This document shows positions 26,916-39,554 of a stretch of DNA of 64,000 nt, piece after piece. The notes beneath the pieces were generated by a model that was not told where the DNA came from, did no database searches, and saw only the letters and a program-made list of their open reading frames with translations. A program made the position numbers and the translations under genes. The DNA is taken from positions 3,187,014 to 3,251,013 of the forward strand of contig CAJINV010000004.1 of assembly GCA_905178155.1 (NCBI GenBank), given 5' to 3'. Positions within the stretch are counted from its first letter, which is position 1. Each line of letters begins with the position of its first letter. Origin of the DNA: Amoebophrya sp. A120. Its lineage: Eukaryota; Protista; Dinoflagellata.

Positions 26916-28033
26916 TTTTGGAAACCGATCAGGATCCTCTTGAAGCGCGGAACAACGAACGCAGAAAAGTTCTACAGACTGGGCAGGAACGCAAAAACCA
27001 AACTTTTTCGCAGTAGATGGGCGAAACTAAAGCCTTAGTCATAAGGGACGACCTTCTGGATTAATGCTCCACAAGCGCTAGGAATAGGAAAACAAACAAA
27101 AAGAGAGAAAAAGATGAACAACAAAACTCAAGAAACGCAATCACGTCATCTAAAACAAGAAGAAGATTCCTTTGAACAAGGTGCGGATTCATATTTTGTG
27201 CATATCGTGCAGCTATATGCTTTTTCAATATCCTCGTCGCGTTCTTTCCGTCTAGAGCACGGCTCAAGGTTGTGATACAACACAGCCTGTTCCGTATTTC
27301 ATGATCTGCTCCGTAAAATTACCATTTTGTCAAGCCACGATGTCCAAAGCGAGAGAAACCAAAATACCTTTTACCTATGCTAGTTCATGTACGTTCTATT
27401 TCTACTTCTTGTACGGTGTGCAGCTCAGAGTCCTGTTTCATCATGACATCATGTCGTGTGGTGTGAATCGTTGAAAAACCAAATCGTACATTAATGCTGC
27501 CGATGCGTCTCCTAAAACATAAACAGACCATCCGACAAACCATGTGTTTGCTAATTGCATAATTACAGTTAGCGATTATTTGATGAAGTAAGCAAAAAAA
27601 GGGGGAAGAGGAGTTGTAAAAAAGCACCATCCCTTTAGAGGAGACAGTGACGGCGATGGTGTCAGTGGAAAATCAAATTCGGGGTCCGGTAGACTTAGAC
27701 ATGTTCAAATATATCTTTTCTAAAACGCTTGTCTTTTTATTTTGCAAACCGATACTAGAAGTACACTACGGTAGCGCCCATTTTCTTTATCAGACCGCCT
27801 TCCTCTGGTCGATAATGATCCTCTTTGTGCAACATCAAAGGCGTAGAAAGGGGATAAAATCGTTGTGACTTGTCTTGCTTCAACATCACCCCTCGTCGCG
27901 AGTGCTCAATGATTTCTACGGGAGAATTTTATGACATGTGCCTGCTTGCTCCTGGTAGAAGCATGCAGCTTTACAATCTTTTTATTTCTACCAACGAACA
28001 CAAGTCAAAGTCTTTTGCCGTAAGACAATGAAG

Positions 28034-31000
28034 TTACGGCTGCTGCATCTGGATTGTGCGGGCCTGTCCTCGTGGCGACGCTTCCTGACTGGACCCCTCC
28101 AAGTCCTTATTGGACTTCCGGTTCATCACATTTTCGCACGCGAACGGGATCTCCAGGGGCGTCGAGAAAAACTGCTCCAATATGACGTTCTCAAATGTTA
28201 CATTCTCAACTGTTACACGATTTCTCATGCAAAATGACAATCAGAATCGACATGATCAAGCTGCTTCGCATGGCAAATTCTCGAAGAGCCCAACAGGCTG
28301 AGAATCCGTGCCAAATCTGTCATGCAAGACGCGTTAGGTCCCCTCTTTTACTGTTGCCGTTCTTGCATGACAAATCCATGTAACAGTTGAGGATGTAACA
28401 GTTGAGAACGCCATATCCAACCGACCCACCTTGCGATCCTCGTCGAAAACCTGGATCATATAGCGATTTGTGTTTTAACTTTGAACAAGAAGATGCTGTT
28501 GGTATGTTCACAAAGAACAAGAAAGACCAGACAAAGAGAAGGAAGGAGCAGCGGAAATGAAAAGCTCAAGGGCACGCCAGGAGAGAAGTGAAGATAACGA
28601 AAGTTCTCTTTAAGTACCTGCTGCATCTCGGTAAGATCCAAGCAGTCGCAGGCGAGATAGGCGTTCACGAATTTTTCCACGTCCAGGGTGCGTTCGTCGC
28701 CCAGCGTGGCCAGCACCGCCTCGCTCAAAGCCTCGATGCCGCCGGAGCCGAGTGTAATCTTGCCCGAGCCGAACACCTTGCCAAAGCACTTGTTCAAAAC
28801 ATCAGAGTTCACAGAGGCGGCGTGGATGACCTGGATTTAGTTGCATTTTTATTTTTACGAAAAGGATAAGAGAATGAGAAAACCATGCAAAACAAAAAGA
28901 AAAAATGCAGAAATAGCATGACTACTTTTAGTGTGTCGGCTACATATGATATGCAGGACGAAGTTTATTGCCAGATAAAAACATCACAACTCCAGTACCC
29001 TGTTCCCCTTTTCGTCGGTCAGAAGCAGTTTCGGGTTTTCGTCCTCTACAATCTTACACAGGCCATGGAAGGCCGACACCGCCACCAGAATCCGCGCCGG
29101 GGCCACCCTTGTCGCTTCGTACTCGAGGTCCAGGGGCGTCAGCGTCGCGCGCTTGTACTGCAGGGACAGCCGGCCGAGAGCGGTCAGGGCGAACAGCACC
29201 ACGATGGCGCCCGCGGCACCGAAGTACACCTTGAACACGGCCATACCGGTCAGAAAATCGGTCCAGGAGAAGGCCCCGTAGGCGGAGGAGGTGGACGTGG
29301 TAAAGAGAAACCGAATCCCGTAGTAATAGCGCTCGCGGAACTTGCCCTTGTTGAAGTTGCTGTCGCTAAAGTACGAAGTCGTGGGGTTCTCGTACGCCAA
29401 GTGGGGGAGGCCGGTCCACATCGCCTGATGAAACGATGAGTCGGAGTAATTTCGTATGATATTTGTCGAACACAGAGAAGATGATTTGCATTTTTTGTTT
29501 CTCTCTTTATCATACAACACGACGAAACAAATTTTACCTGATTCACGCTGACTTTGATGAGCGCAACCATGTGATTGTCGAAGCCGGACAAGTCCACGTC
29601 ATCCAGTATGGTGAGAAAATACAAATAGGTTACTTGATGCCATCACTTGCTCGCCCTCAAGAAATTTGTGATGCCTGTGTGCGTCCTATGCGTTTCTTGA
29701 TCTGCAACACGAGTTTATTGCAATACGAATTTATTCGTATTCCTTGCAGAGGGGCCACAGGAGGGTGGCAAGAACCTATAAAAAAATGAATATAGCATCT
29801 CATATCCGGAATGCGGTTGTGAAAGGCCGGCCCGACGTACTCGATTGAAACCACGACTTCCACGCCCGTGAGCCGGTAGGGCGCCCGTGCGTCGTAGCCC
29901 GAGCCCGCCTGATTGCTGGCGATAGACGGGTTGCGCGCGTCCGCGTTTTGCAGGTCGATATCCCCGTTACTGGCGGCCGCCACCCAGTCTTGCAGCGTCA
30001 GGGTAGGGGGGTTCGGGACGCCCGCGGTCTCCGAAAACCGGCACTGCCCGGGCTTGCCGCCCACCTGTACGTAGGAGCAATCGTACTCGGAGTAGGCACC
30101 GTCCTGGTCTTTCCGCATGATAATGGACACCACCGGCAGTTTGTTCTCATCCTCGTCCGCAACCGCTTTTGGGGTTCCAGAGGAACCAGAAACCTCCGTG
30201 TCCGCGGCGGTAACCTAAAGGTTTTTATTTGGTGCTTTGCTCTGCCTGATGTGCTGTAGCTTTGATATGTTTTTGCAGCATTCGATGTTCACGTTGTTCC
30301 ATATTGATTTCTTGCGGAGCACTGTAATGAAAATGCAATGCTGGCCCTGGCGTCCATGCTTCTCATGCATCACAGACGCTTGCGCTTCTGCATGATCTCG
30401 TTTTTATTTGCCCACGTGCAATAGACATTCCAATTTCTGTACCTTGAAGATGTGCTCAAATGTCATTTTCCTAGACGATACACCCGCGACGAGGTAGTGC
30501 GACTGTTGGTTACACGCGCACTTTCGGACGTTCTGGTGAGCGTGCGACGGGGACTGCGAGCCAGCTGGGCCGTTCCACGCCGGGACATTGTTTTCCGTCG
30601 CGTCCTCGAAGCACTTCTGGCCGAAGTTGTATAGCGGCGCTTGCGAGAGACTGTTGTGGCTGCAGCTGACAGAGCTCGTGCAAAACGATGCGGAGCTGCA
30701 GGTGCTCCCAGATTCCGTCTCCACGATGGTTTCGCGGAAGTAGGTGGGGAAGTAGATCTCGCGCTTGCCGATCTTGAACCCGGCCTCCGCCTTGGGGGTC
30801 TGCAGGCACTGGTAGGCCCCGTGGGTCCAGCCCGCGGAGTACTTGTACAGGAAGGACTGGTTGTCGCGGCAGATGTCCGAGTTGTAGTCCGTGCTCACCG
30901 CCGAGGCATCCGCGTTCCCCGAGCCGCCCACCCAGGCGTTTGGAAAGCCCTGCGGAATCTGCACCACGTAGTACATCCGCTCCTTGATGAACTGCCACAG

Positions 31001-31114
31001 CAACAGCGATACGACCAACACCTGGATGCCGAGCTGGAACAAGGACAGCTTCCCATTGCGAATCGCAACCTCCTTCGGAATTTTAATCGGGTAGATCTTG
31101 CCCAGACGGACCAT
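28034..31114 (-). CDS. P2X-receptor-like two-TM ion channel with a C-terminal extension, 7 exons
   Basis: N-terminal IPKEVAIRNGKLSLFQLGIQVLVVSLLLWQFIKERMYY (TM1), Cys-rich ectodomain, and RYYYGIRFLF...YGAFSWTDFLTGMAV (pre-TM2/TM2) match the P2X layout. Four GT-AG introns and two introners. Confidence 0.7.
28181..28415. mobile_element. Introner family A (inverted relative to the other A copies)
   Basis: TIR TATGACGTTCTCAAATGTTACATTCTCAACTGTTAC / GTAACAGTTGAGGATGTAACAGTTGAGAACGCCATA; TSD TCCAA. Confidence 0.9.
29607..29804. mobile_element. Degenerate introner
   Basis: TATG...CATA ends, decayed inverted repeat, TSD TCCAG/TCCGG; removal gives the in-frame join HNRIPD|DVDLSG. Confidence 0.65.
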
Positions 31115-32306
31115 CCTTGCGACTATTTCTGGGTGGCAACGAAATGCGACGCTGCGACAACTATCGACGAACCAGACAGCCGGGAACGTCAGCTAAAAGA
31201 GAACCAGACTTTGATTTTTCTCCTATGTGAGTTTGCGATGGATGAATTGGCTCCCATTGGTTCAATATGACGATTTAGATTGTTTACCGATTACCAGTCA
31301 ACATTTCGGGAACGGGAAGACATCTTCAAATTCATGGCGGCGTTTTTTCTTCTCGTGTTTGCTTGCCCGGCGGGACATCGCCACTCACTAGAATTGGTTT
31401 TGTGTTTATTCTTCGGTGGACTTCTATAGCACCATGGAGCGCTGCTAGGCCCACACTTTTGCAAGAACATGAACAAACGGATTGATACATGATTGAAGGT
31501 CGGTCCTTGGTTGATGTTCCTTCATCACAGTGGTTCCGTTCATTGTTAGAGAGTTCTTGCGTGACGTTTTTCCTTAGAGTTTATTTCGTTCTTGTGTGGC
31601 TCTTTTATATTGACTTTGTTCTCGAAACAAAATGCTAACTTATGCGTAGGATGCATAGGTTTTTTATTTTTGATTCTAATCAAAAACATCAAAGAAGATT
31701 GAATTAAGGGAATATGATCGTAACATGCCTGCCTTCGGCTGAAATTCTTGCAGCGCCTCTGAAAGTCGAATCTCTGTTCTACCGGGACCGGGAGGTCCCA
31801 GTAGAACTGGACATCATGATCTTAGTGTGCGTGATAAAAAATTCTATGCTATAAAATACGCCGGCTTGTGCAGACATAAAACCGCATTTTATCATGAAAC
31901 AGGCTTGGTGCTCTAGTCGCAAAAAAAGAATGTCACATCTCCTGCGGTCCGAGCTTGTGGATAATTCCTAAACAGGTGAGGCACGTCGGTGCACAGACAC
32001 CCATTCTCGGCGCAAGCTCTTATTAAACCACTGAGAGAGCGGCCCGGTGACTAGCCGGATGTCAATCATGTTATGATCTTAATCGCGTACATACTTAAAA
32101 ACAACGAAACCAATAAATATGTTGCACCTGATTTTAGAAGTGTGGCAGCACGTACTACGGCTGCACGATTCACATCATGCTCATGTAGTGCATCATGTGA
32201 GCAAACAGGCGCAGGTGGGATCTACTACATGATCCATAAGATAATCTCCGTCTAGATGAATATCTATCACAACGTATTCTTGATGCGACAAGTCTCCTGT
32301 GCAGTC

Positions 32307-32804
32307 TCACATCTTCATCATCATTCGCCCGCCGGCCTTCTGTTGGACAGCAGCTGCTGCCAGTTGCGGTCCGTGTTGTCCCTCTTCCCGACCCGCCTGC
32401 TCCTTACCCAAGTAGTTCTTGTTTCGGCGCGCGGCAGCCTTCAGCTGGCCGGCCGCGACGCTCATCCCGATGATGTAGCAAACCGTCGCCGCGACGTGCC
32501 GGAAGAAAGTGGCCCAGTGCGGATCGTCGTCGTGCAACTCTTCGCCGCAACCGTTCGGAAACTTGACAAGCGGGGCGATGCAGAAAAAACCGGTCCCGCA
32601 ACCAGCGAAAGCCAAGCAAAACTGCTTGGACGCCGCGACGCGCTCCCGTGTGGTGTCATCCGTACATTGCAGCACCTGCGCCATCGCCCGGGGGAGCCAG
32701 TACTGCATGCCCACCGCCGCGAGCACATAGAGAAACGCGGCCGCCTGCATCAACGACACGTCCGTCTGGCAATCGACCGGGAGCCACTCATGCGTCGCTG
32801 GCAT
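32307..32804 (-). CDS. Membrane protein exon(s) with about 3 TM segments; either a separate gene or the tail of the kringle gene
   Basis: 165-aa ORF with hydrophobic segments and GC3-rich codons; a probable upstream exon at 32988-33160 ends at a GT donor. Confidence 0.5.
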   Translation of the reverse strand: MPATHEWLPVDCQTDVSLMQAAAFLYVLAAVGMQYWLPRAMAQVLQCTDDTTRERVAASKQFCLAFAGCGTGFFCIAPLVKFPNGCGEELHDDDPHWATFFRHVAATVCYIIGMSVAAGQLKAAARRNKNYLGKEQAGREEGQHGPQLAAAAVQQKAGGRMMMKM

Positions 32805-33165
32805 CAGGTTCAGAATCGAAATGAAGCCCGAAATTCCGAGAAAAATCTGATGATTTGAGATTCATTTTGATTTTGTGCGAGAGATCATTAAAGCCAGGTA
32901 CTTAGTATCCGCAGCATAATCAATCGTGAAAGAGAAAGGAATGAAAAATGGGTATGGAAATACTTTACAAAGTTAAAAATCTACTACCTGTGCGGTCCTG
33001 GCCTGTTTCTCTCCACCGGCTGTACTAGCAAGCACCGGACGAGCACCCGCTCCTGCGGGTCCACCTTGACCAGCAGTGATCCGGTCGGCTCCAGTAGTCG
33101 TACCAGTGGTCGCGGCGCTGCTGCTAGAATCCTCGGCAGAAGTACTTATCGTGCTCGTACTAAAA

Positions 33166-36100
33166 CTAACTGCAGTCGCGCAGGTACAAATCCAACCTTC
33201 TAGCTCTACCCAAACCAGCATAACAAATTGCAAGTTTCTTCTCTGGCAATAAAATTTGTGATGCAGTTCATACTAGCACGATACTTTTGCAATGCGTACC
33301 TAGGAAGATTCAGCAATTCGGTAATCATCTCGTCCGAGCAGTCGTCCACGCGGTCCAGGTACAGTTTGGTCGCGCAGGCGGCCATATCAAATGCAAAAAT
33401 GTCTCCTGGGTCTGGAAGGTTCTAAACTTGTAATGCTGTCTCTGGATTCTGAAAAAATTTATATTGCATGACCAGCAAGAGAGCTCCAGTTTGTGCTACG
33501 CGGAAAGGGAATTTCTCATGCGGCAGAGGCATCACAAAGTCCTCTAAAAATCTGTGATGCCAGGGCATACATCAAAGACGTCACGGGCCATTCAAAATAT
33601 GCATGACAAACCTGGTATTAATCTTCCAGACCCACACATTTGTGCATTTGATAGGCCATGGTCGCCAGCCCAACGCCGGAGAGGTAAAGATAGAACGCCG
33701 AGCCCCAGCTCTCCGTGTCGTAGTCGTGCGCTTTCGCGGCCGCATTGAAGCAGTTGGCGGACCAATGGACGAGGGCAACCACGTTCAGCAGTAAGAAGGC
33801 GAAGCTGAGCAGCAGAAAAGCCGGCCGGACAAGGTGCTGCTTCTCGACGACAACGGTGCGCAAAACCCACTGCTGGAATTCCGTCCGCGGGGCCTTCGAA
33901 GGGTTCAGGATGGGGAGGAGCAACAGAACTGTGGACAGCAGACCGAGCAACAGGAAGACAAGGCCGGCGGTCGCCAGTGAAGAGGCGGCCTTGCAATCCT
34001 TCGGAAAATCTTCGGAGTCGCCGGCAAGGTCAACAAGCTCGCTGTACGAGTACGCGACCTCTAGCTCGTTGTTAATCCAAACGGAAGTGCCGTACAGGTT
34101 AAAGTCTGAGGGGTATGGGACCCTCAAACTACGCTACTATACATTCTTGTCGTTACATGGGTTTGTGCTGCAAAACTAGCAAAAGTGAAAGGGGGGCGGC
34201 GCCTGTTGCGCTTTTTGAATTACAGGCTTCTTTGGCGCAGATTCTGATTCTATTTGGCGCGTCGAGAACTTCTTGTACTTGTCACGCGAAGCAGCAGCTT
34301 CATCATGCTACTAGATATTGATGGCAATTTTCATTTTGCATGCCAAATCATGCCACAGTTGAGAATGTAACGTTAACGTTTGAGAATCCCATAGGGAGAT
34401 CTTCAACCTTGTTCCGCCAGCCGCACTACTGCTCGTCGTGGTGATGCTCGTTCCCGAACTGCTGCTCGTTCCCGAACTGCTACTCTGGACTGACGATGTT
34501 GTTGTTGACAGGGGACTGCAGTAGCCCCATCCACCTGCAACCTCCGAGCACCATATCCCTCCGCTATCACCATCCGGATTCCGGCAGTAATTGTGGTCAG
34601 CACTGTAAACGTGATCCCACATAGAACCGCGCCAGGTGGCGCAAGGACTGCCAGTTCTGGTCCGCGTCTGACACCCCCGGTAGTCGCGTCCGATGCCGGT
34701 CATGCTCTCGTCGCAGTTTCCGTTCAGTAAGCGGGTCGTGGTCCTTAAAGTCCTCCTCGTGCGGATGTGGTCAGTCAGCGTCCCCAGCGCCAGCCCGCTT
34801 TCCACGTTCCCCCCGACCAGCACGATGAAGCAGATATTCCGTGAAAATTAACCAGTTGTCATGCAAAACATGTAGTAAAATCTGTGTTTGTCATGCAAAA
34901 AGTGAATGGGGATGGCTAATTTTCAGGGAATAGCAGAGCAAAAAGGCGACCGATGCCCACACACCGCCCAGCACGCTGATGTACTTCAAGTTACCGACGA
35001 GTGCAACCTATGCATAAAAATTCTTGCACAAGTATCGTCTTCGTCCAGAATAGGGAGTTGATTGTGAAATACAAAAAATTTTGGGAGAACGATTCTCATG
35101 GTGCTTTTATTACGATCAAATATAGATTTCTTTTTATTCTGCACCTAATACTACGACGCACGAAAATTTACCTGCTGCTCTTGGGTCATTGCGTCGTGAA
35201 TGGTCGACTGCTTGCTGGGCGAGGCCGGATCCTCCACTGCGACGGCGTTTTCGCCACCACCAGCGGTAGCTTCTTGTTGTGCGATCACGATCATGGTCGC
35301 CATCCCGGCAGCTCCTTGTTCCATCGGCACACTCAGCTATAGGAGGGCACAATTCGTCCTCTTCCTCCTGATCTACAAGGCATGAGCAGGAATAGACATG
35401 TCAGCAAGGGAAAAAGCTGCGCAACTGTTGCATGACAAATTCAGATTCACCTACGGTTGTAGTCGTGTTCCTTGGGCTGCAGGAGCACGTCATGCGAAAA
35501 GTACCAAGAGGGAAACAACGCAAAGACAAAGCGTGGATGTGGGTTTGGCTTTTTTCATGAGAAGAAGAAATGTGGTAGAGCAGGGGGAGTTCAAGTTGTG
35601 CACTCTCATATTAGACCTGCGGTGTTGACCAGCATGCTCGGTTGTTCGATGACCTTCGCCACGCCAGCGTCTTTGCCGGTAACAGTGGTAGCAGCCACAC
35701 CTTGAATGCCGTCCGCCGTTAGCAGTACCGGTGGTTGCACAGAACCAGCAGGGTCGGCGGCAGAGGGATCAGTTTCTTCCTTGTGGTGCTTCTCGCGGTT
35801 TTTTTGCTCGTGCTTTTTCTTCTTGTACCCCTTGCGATTCCATCCAAAATCGGCTTGCACCTGCAGTGGAAGCTTGCATGTTAAACTTAATAAAACAAGG
35901 AACGACACGATGCTGCAATCATCATCACTCGCCACATCACTACCATGATCTCATACTACATTACAACTTTACAATCTCAACAAGCCCCTCCTTGTTTGTT
36001 CACACCAGGAGCCAAAAAAGCCGACTCCTACCTTCGCCCCCGAGCAGTTCCGGTAGCAGTACCTAATCGAGCCGAAACACGCCAAGCCGGCCAAGACGCA

Positions 36101-36479
36101 GAATAGCGCAATCCCAAATGCGCCGCTGTTATGGCGTTCTCAACTGTTACATTCTCAACTGTTACACGAATTTGTAATGCAAGTAGAATAGCAAAAGTCA
36201 AAGGGGGGCGGCTGCACATCTAGCATTACAAATTTCGCACAGATTTAGGCGCTCTTTAGCCCTTCGCAAATTTGTCATGCGAAGCAGCTTGATCGTGTGG
36301 GTGATGATAGTGCTTTTGCATGACAAATTCATGTAACAGTTGAAAATGTAACGTTTGAGAACCCCATAGCTGTCCTCCTCGCAGTCGGAACCGCCATGCT
36401 CGCAGGCTAATGCGATCCGGGCGGTGGCGGTGAGGAGGAGGAGAACGAGAGGGAGAATGGTCACGGAGGGTGCCATCAT
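33166..36479 (-). CDS. Multi-exon membrane protein: signal peptide, TM segments, extracellular kringle domain, claudin-like TM block
   Basis: Start MMAPSVTILPLVLLLLTATA; kringle YRGCQTRTRTGSPCATW...HNYCRNPDGDSGGIWC...WGYC. Removing five introners and three GT-AG introns gives one frame; the 3' end is uncertain. Confidence 0.7.
33385..33653. mobile_element. Introner family D
   Basis: TIR TATCAAATGCAAAAATGTCT..GGGTCTGGAAG / CTTCCAGACCCACACATTTGTGCATTTGATA; TSD GGCCA. Confidence 0.9.
34114..34393. mobile_element. Introner family A, diverged
   Basis: TATGGGACCCTCAAAC / GTTTGAGAATCCCATA; interior homologous to 36130; decayed TSD AGGGG/GGGAG; removing element + 5 nt restores the frame. Confidence 0.8.
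34835..34932. mobile_element. Mini-introner family F (98 bp)
   Basis: TIR TATTCCGTGAAAATTAACCA / TGGCTAATTTTCAGGGAATA; TSD GCAGA; join FLLC|FIVLVG. Confidence 0.88.
35338..35610. mobile_element. Introner family C, diverged
   Basis: TATAGGAGGGCACAATT / AGTTGTGCACTCTCATA; TSD TCAGC/TTAGA; join TAGLS|VPMEQ in frame. Confidence 0.7.
36130..36368. mobile_element. Introner family A
   Basis: TATGGCGTTCTCAACTGTTACATTCTCAACTGTTAC / GTAACGTTTGAGAACCCCATA; TSD GCTGT. Confidence 0.9.
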
Positions 36480-37450
36480 GAAGCCTGATGACTTCGAGGA
36501 GAAGCAGGGCCACGAGAGTTGGAAGGAGGACGGCATCTTGTTCAACACTTGTGCCGGCCGGGTTGCTTACTGTCGTACCGGAAGGCAAACACGAAGACGT
36601 ACAAGATGAAAACTCACTGCCGCGGTCAGGTTTTGTTGACGGCAGCGGCACAGACGCTCGCTACTGCCGCGTGCTATCTAAAAACAATGAAGAATGTGAG
36701 TGGGAGTGCTACACCACGTTCGTTTTGGTATCGCTCTACTACTCGTACTCCTGACGCTGGATACAACTGCACCAGTAGATGCTTGTTGCCTCATCCTGGT
36801 TGTAGTTGCTCTCATGAATGTGTGCCCTGTACAAGGTATTTTTTCGTGCTCGCCTAGTTTTGTGCACTCAGTCCACTTTGGGGTTGCAGTCTTTTGACGT
36901 TGACTACTCAATTTGCGCAAACAAGAAGTTGTGGAGGTTTATTGTCGTGCGGGATGCACACTGATGTAGTCTCTTAACAACGTTCATGTTGCGCACAACC
37001 CCAACTACATCTAAGCGAGCGTTGCTATTTTACTGAGCTCAATATCACGGTCAACGAGGCGGTCGACAGTTTGAATGTTTTTGTTTGGCGAGCGCCCTCC
37101 GCGTATATATTCTGTTTACCAGACTAGTATCTTTTCAGTGGACATATATGATCCCAACTTTCGCGCTGCGCAAGTCCAAGCTGCTTTTTTCCATTCCGAA
37201 TTCAACATTTTAAAAATTTCAATCTTACACCATATCACTTCGAATGTTTTCAAGACAATAGAGCGGTTAACGAGGGCTCTTGTGGTTGACGTAGTACTCT
37301 TACCGCTCTACTAGTACTGCACCGGCGTAGTCTGCGCAGAGAACGTTAAACGCATCCCACGCGCATCGAACTTGGTCTTTGGTCTCCAGTGTACCTCGAT
37401 TCCCCGCTGTCTCAATGCAAGAACGACTGGCAAATCCTGTAAGTCCGCAG

Positions 37451-38187
37451 CTATCCAGTTGAATAAAAGGTGGTCGGATTCAAATCAAGTTTCTTGCATT
37501 TTAGCTGCGGCTCCGCCAAGAATTCGATAAACACAGGGATAACAATAGTCATACATAGTGCGCATGGTAGCATGACCACCGTGCCCTTCCTAGCTATGCA
37601 ATAAAAAATCCGGCAGCAGCATGTAAGATTCCCGATAGTCCCAACTCTTTTTGTTTTTTGGATAGCGTTCACTTTACCCTCGACCTGCATCCCGATGTAG
37701 ACCAAAGGGCAGAAACAGATTCCACACGTCATGAGCAACAGCGGCACGCCCAAGGGATTTTGCCACAGCCATGACATCGAAAAGCGCCAGCACCTAGCAT
37801 CAGCGAACTCTGTCGAGGACGTGCCGCCGCCCGGTAAGGAGGCAACAAGGAATGCTACATCTTGCATTGCGAATTAGCAGGCACATTATTCATTGTCCAT
37901 GTGCTGCTCTTACCACGACTTGCAGGTCCTTTCACAACCCCGGATCATGTGTTCGCTAACGCTCGATGCAGCACATGTTTCAATTTTTCGTCCGATACTA
38001 TCCCATTTTTGTCAATCGACGCGTTGACGCTTTTCGCGAGGTCAGCCCACTCACCCGGTGTCACGTACTTCGCAGTAAAATCCAGGGTCTGCTGACTGGA
38101 CGCGAGGTTGTAGCCACTTCGGGTCATGTCCTCGGGGAGCTTGTGGCTCATCATGTTCGGCACGACGACCGAATTCATTGCCGGCAT
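37451..38187 (-). pseudogene. Possible disrupted membrane-protein gene (two out-of-frame ORFs)
   Basis: ORFs 37945-38187 and 37451-37867 (two Cys-rich TM-like segments) are separated by 77 nt with no obvious intron. Confidence 0.3.
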
Positions 38188-39554
38188 GGTTTTTAGGATC
38201 CTATGTCACAATCTTCTTGGGCAACGAGCATGGGCTCAACACTTACTGAGGGGGCGCAGTGGGGTGTGCGTGTGTCTTCCGCAAGCGCAACAAAAAGAAA
38301 AACAATGTAGTGCAAGCTTCTTAGACAAAAAAAAAACTATTTCTTTGTCAGGCGAGCTTGAAGAGCTGCCCTCGTCCTGTCATGGTTTCCTGAATGTTAA
38401 TTTCAAGTAGGTCAGTTCTACCACAACCGTTAGGGTCTTTAAATGTGTTCAGGATTTTAAATATTTTTTGTCATGTATGGGATCCGTCCAAAGCGCCGCG
38501 CCTCCGACCGGGGTCGCCACGTTGGCCGCACAGCGCGCCGCCATGATCTGAGCCAGGGTCTTGCCGCTTTTCAAATTTAACACCGAGAAATCCGCACTTT
38601 TTTCGAAAATGCGACTGCACTCTTAGCCTGGGGCCCCTACCATGTGGCCCGAACACCTGGACCACCAGCGGCCAGGCCCCGAGACTTCCGGCCGCCGCGG
38701 GAGCGGCGGCCGCGCGCCCACGACCGCTCGCGCCGGTCGGAATTCCGGCCTGGCGCCGCCCGCGCCGCTCGGGGCGCTTCCGGCCGCTCGGGCCCTTGCC
38801 GGCGCTCCGGGCCGCTGCCGGGAGCGGGACGGGCTCGAGCGGCGCAGCGAGCGGCCCGGGCCGCTCGCGCCTCTTCGCTGCGTTCGCGGCGCCACGGTGC
38901 GCTCGGTGGAGCGGAAGGCTTCCAGGGGCGCGAGCGGCACCGCCCTGCGCCCCGGCGCGGGGGCGGCCGAGCGGCCCGGACGGCTGCGCGACGGCTTCGC
39001 GTGCGCGACAATTTATTTTTTTGCTGCTACACATTAATTTGAAAAAACGAGCGCGATTTTCTTCTATCTCGCTCTCATGCCATTTTGCGAATCCGAAAGA
39101 ACGAACCGACGCGCGCGCGTGCCCCACCATCTTTGTTCCCCATGTGAGCCAGACTAGAATAGTCTTGCGTCACTGGAATGTGGTTAGCCATGCAAAATCA
39201 AATGTAAGTTTTCATTTTGTCAACGTATTTAAAGCATCAAGCGGCTGTGGTAAACTGACCTACATAATTAATTGTCTGCGCTGGATTGCAAAAAGAAAAA
39301 CAAATACGAAAATAGCGTATAGGTACACATGCCCGCCGTGCACTAAGCTGCAAATAGGTGCTAAATAATCCAAATTTTGCACAGCGAACCACAGATGTAG
39401 AAGAAAGCTTGTGTCTTTACTTATTTTCCTGCTTCTCGTCCGGCTCAGGATCCGCTCGTACCAGCCTCGTCGCTTACTGTGTTCTCTCACGGTCACTTCT
39501 CTCTGAGTCAAGAAGAAACCCACATGACGGAAAGGGTTAAACGGGGCGTCCCAC

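Noticed and set aside
38471-39368. Overlapping Arg/Ala/Pro-rich ORFs
   Set aside because: Extreme GC content explains them and no domain motifs are visible.
39525-39540. piggyBac terminus (GACGGAAAGGG-TTAA)
   Set aside because: I found no complementary left end or transposase in the window.
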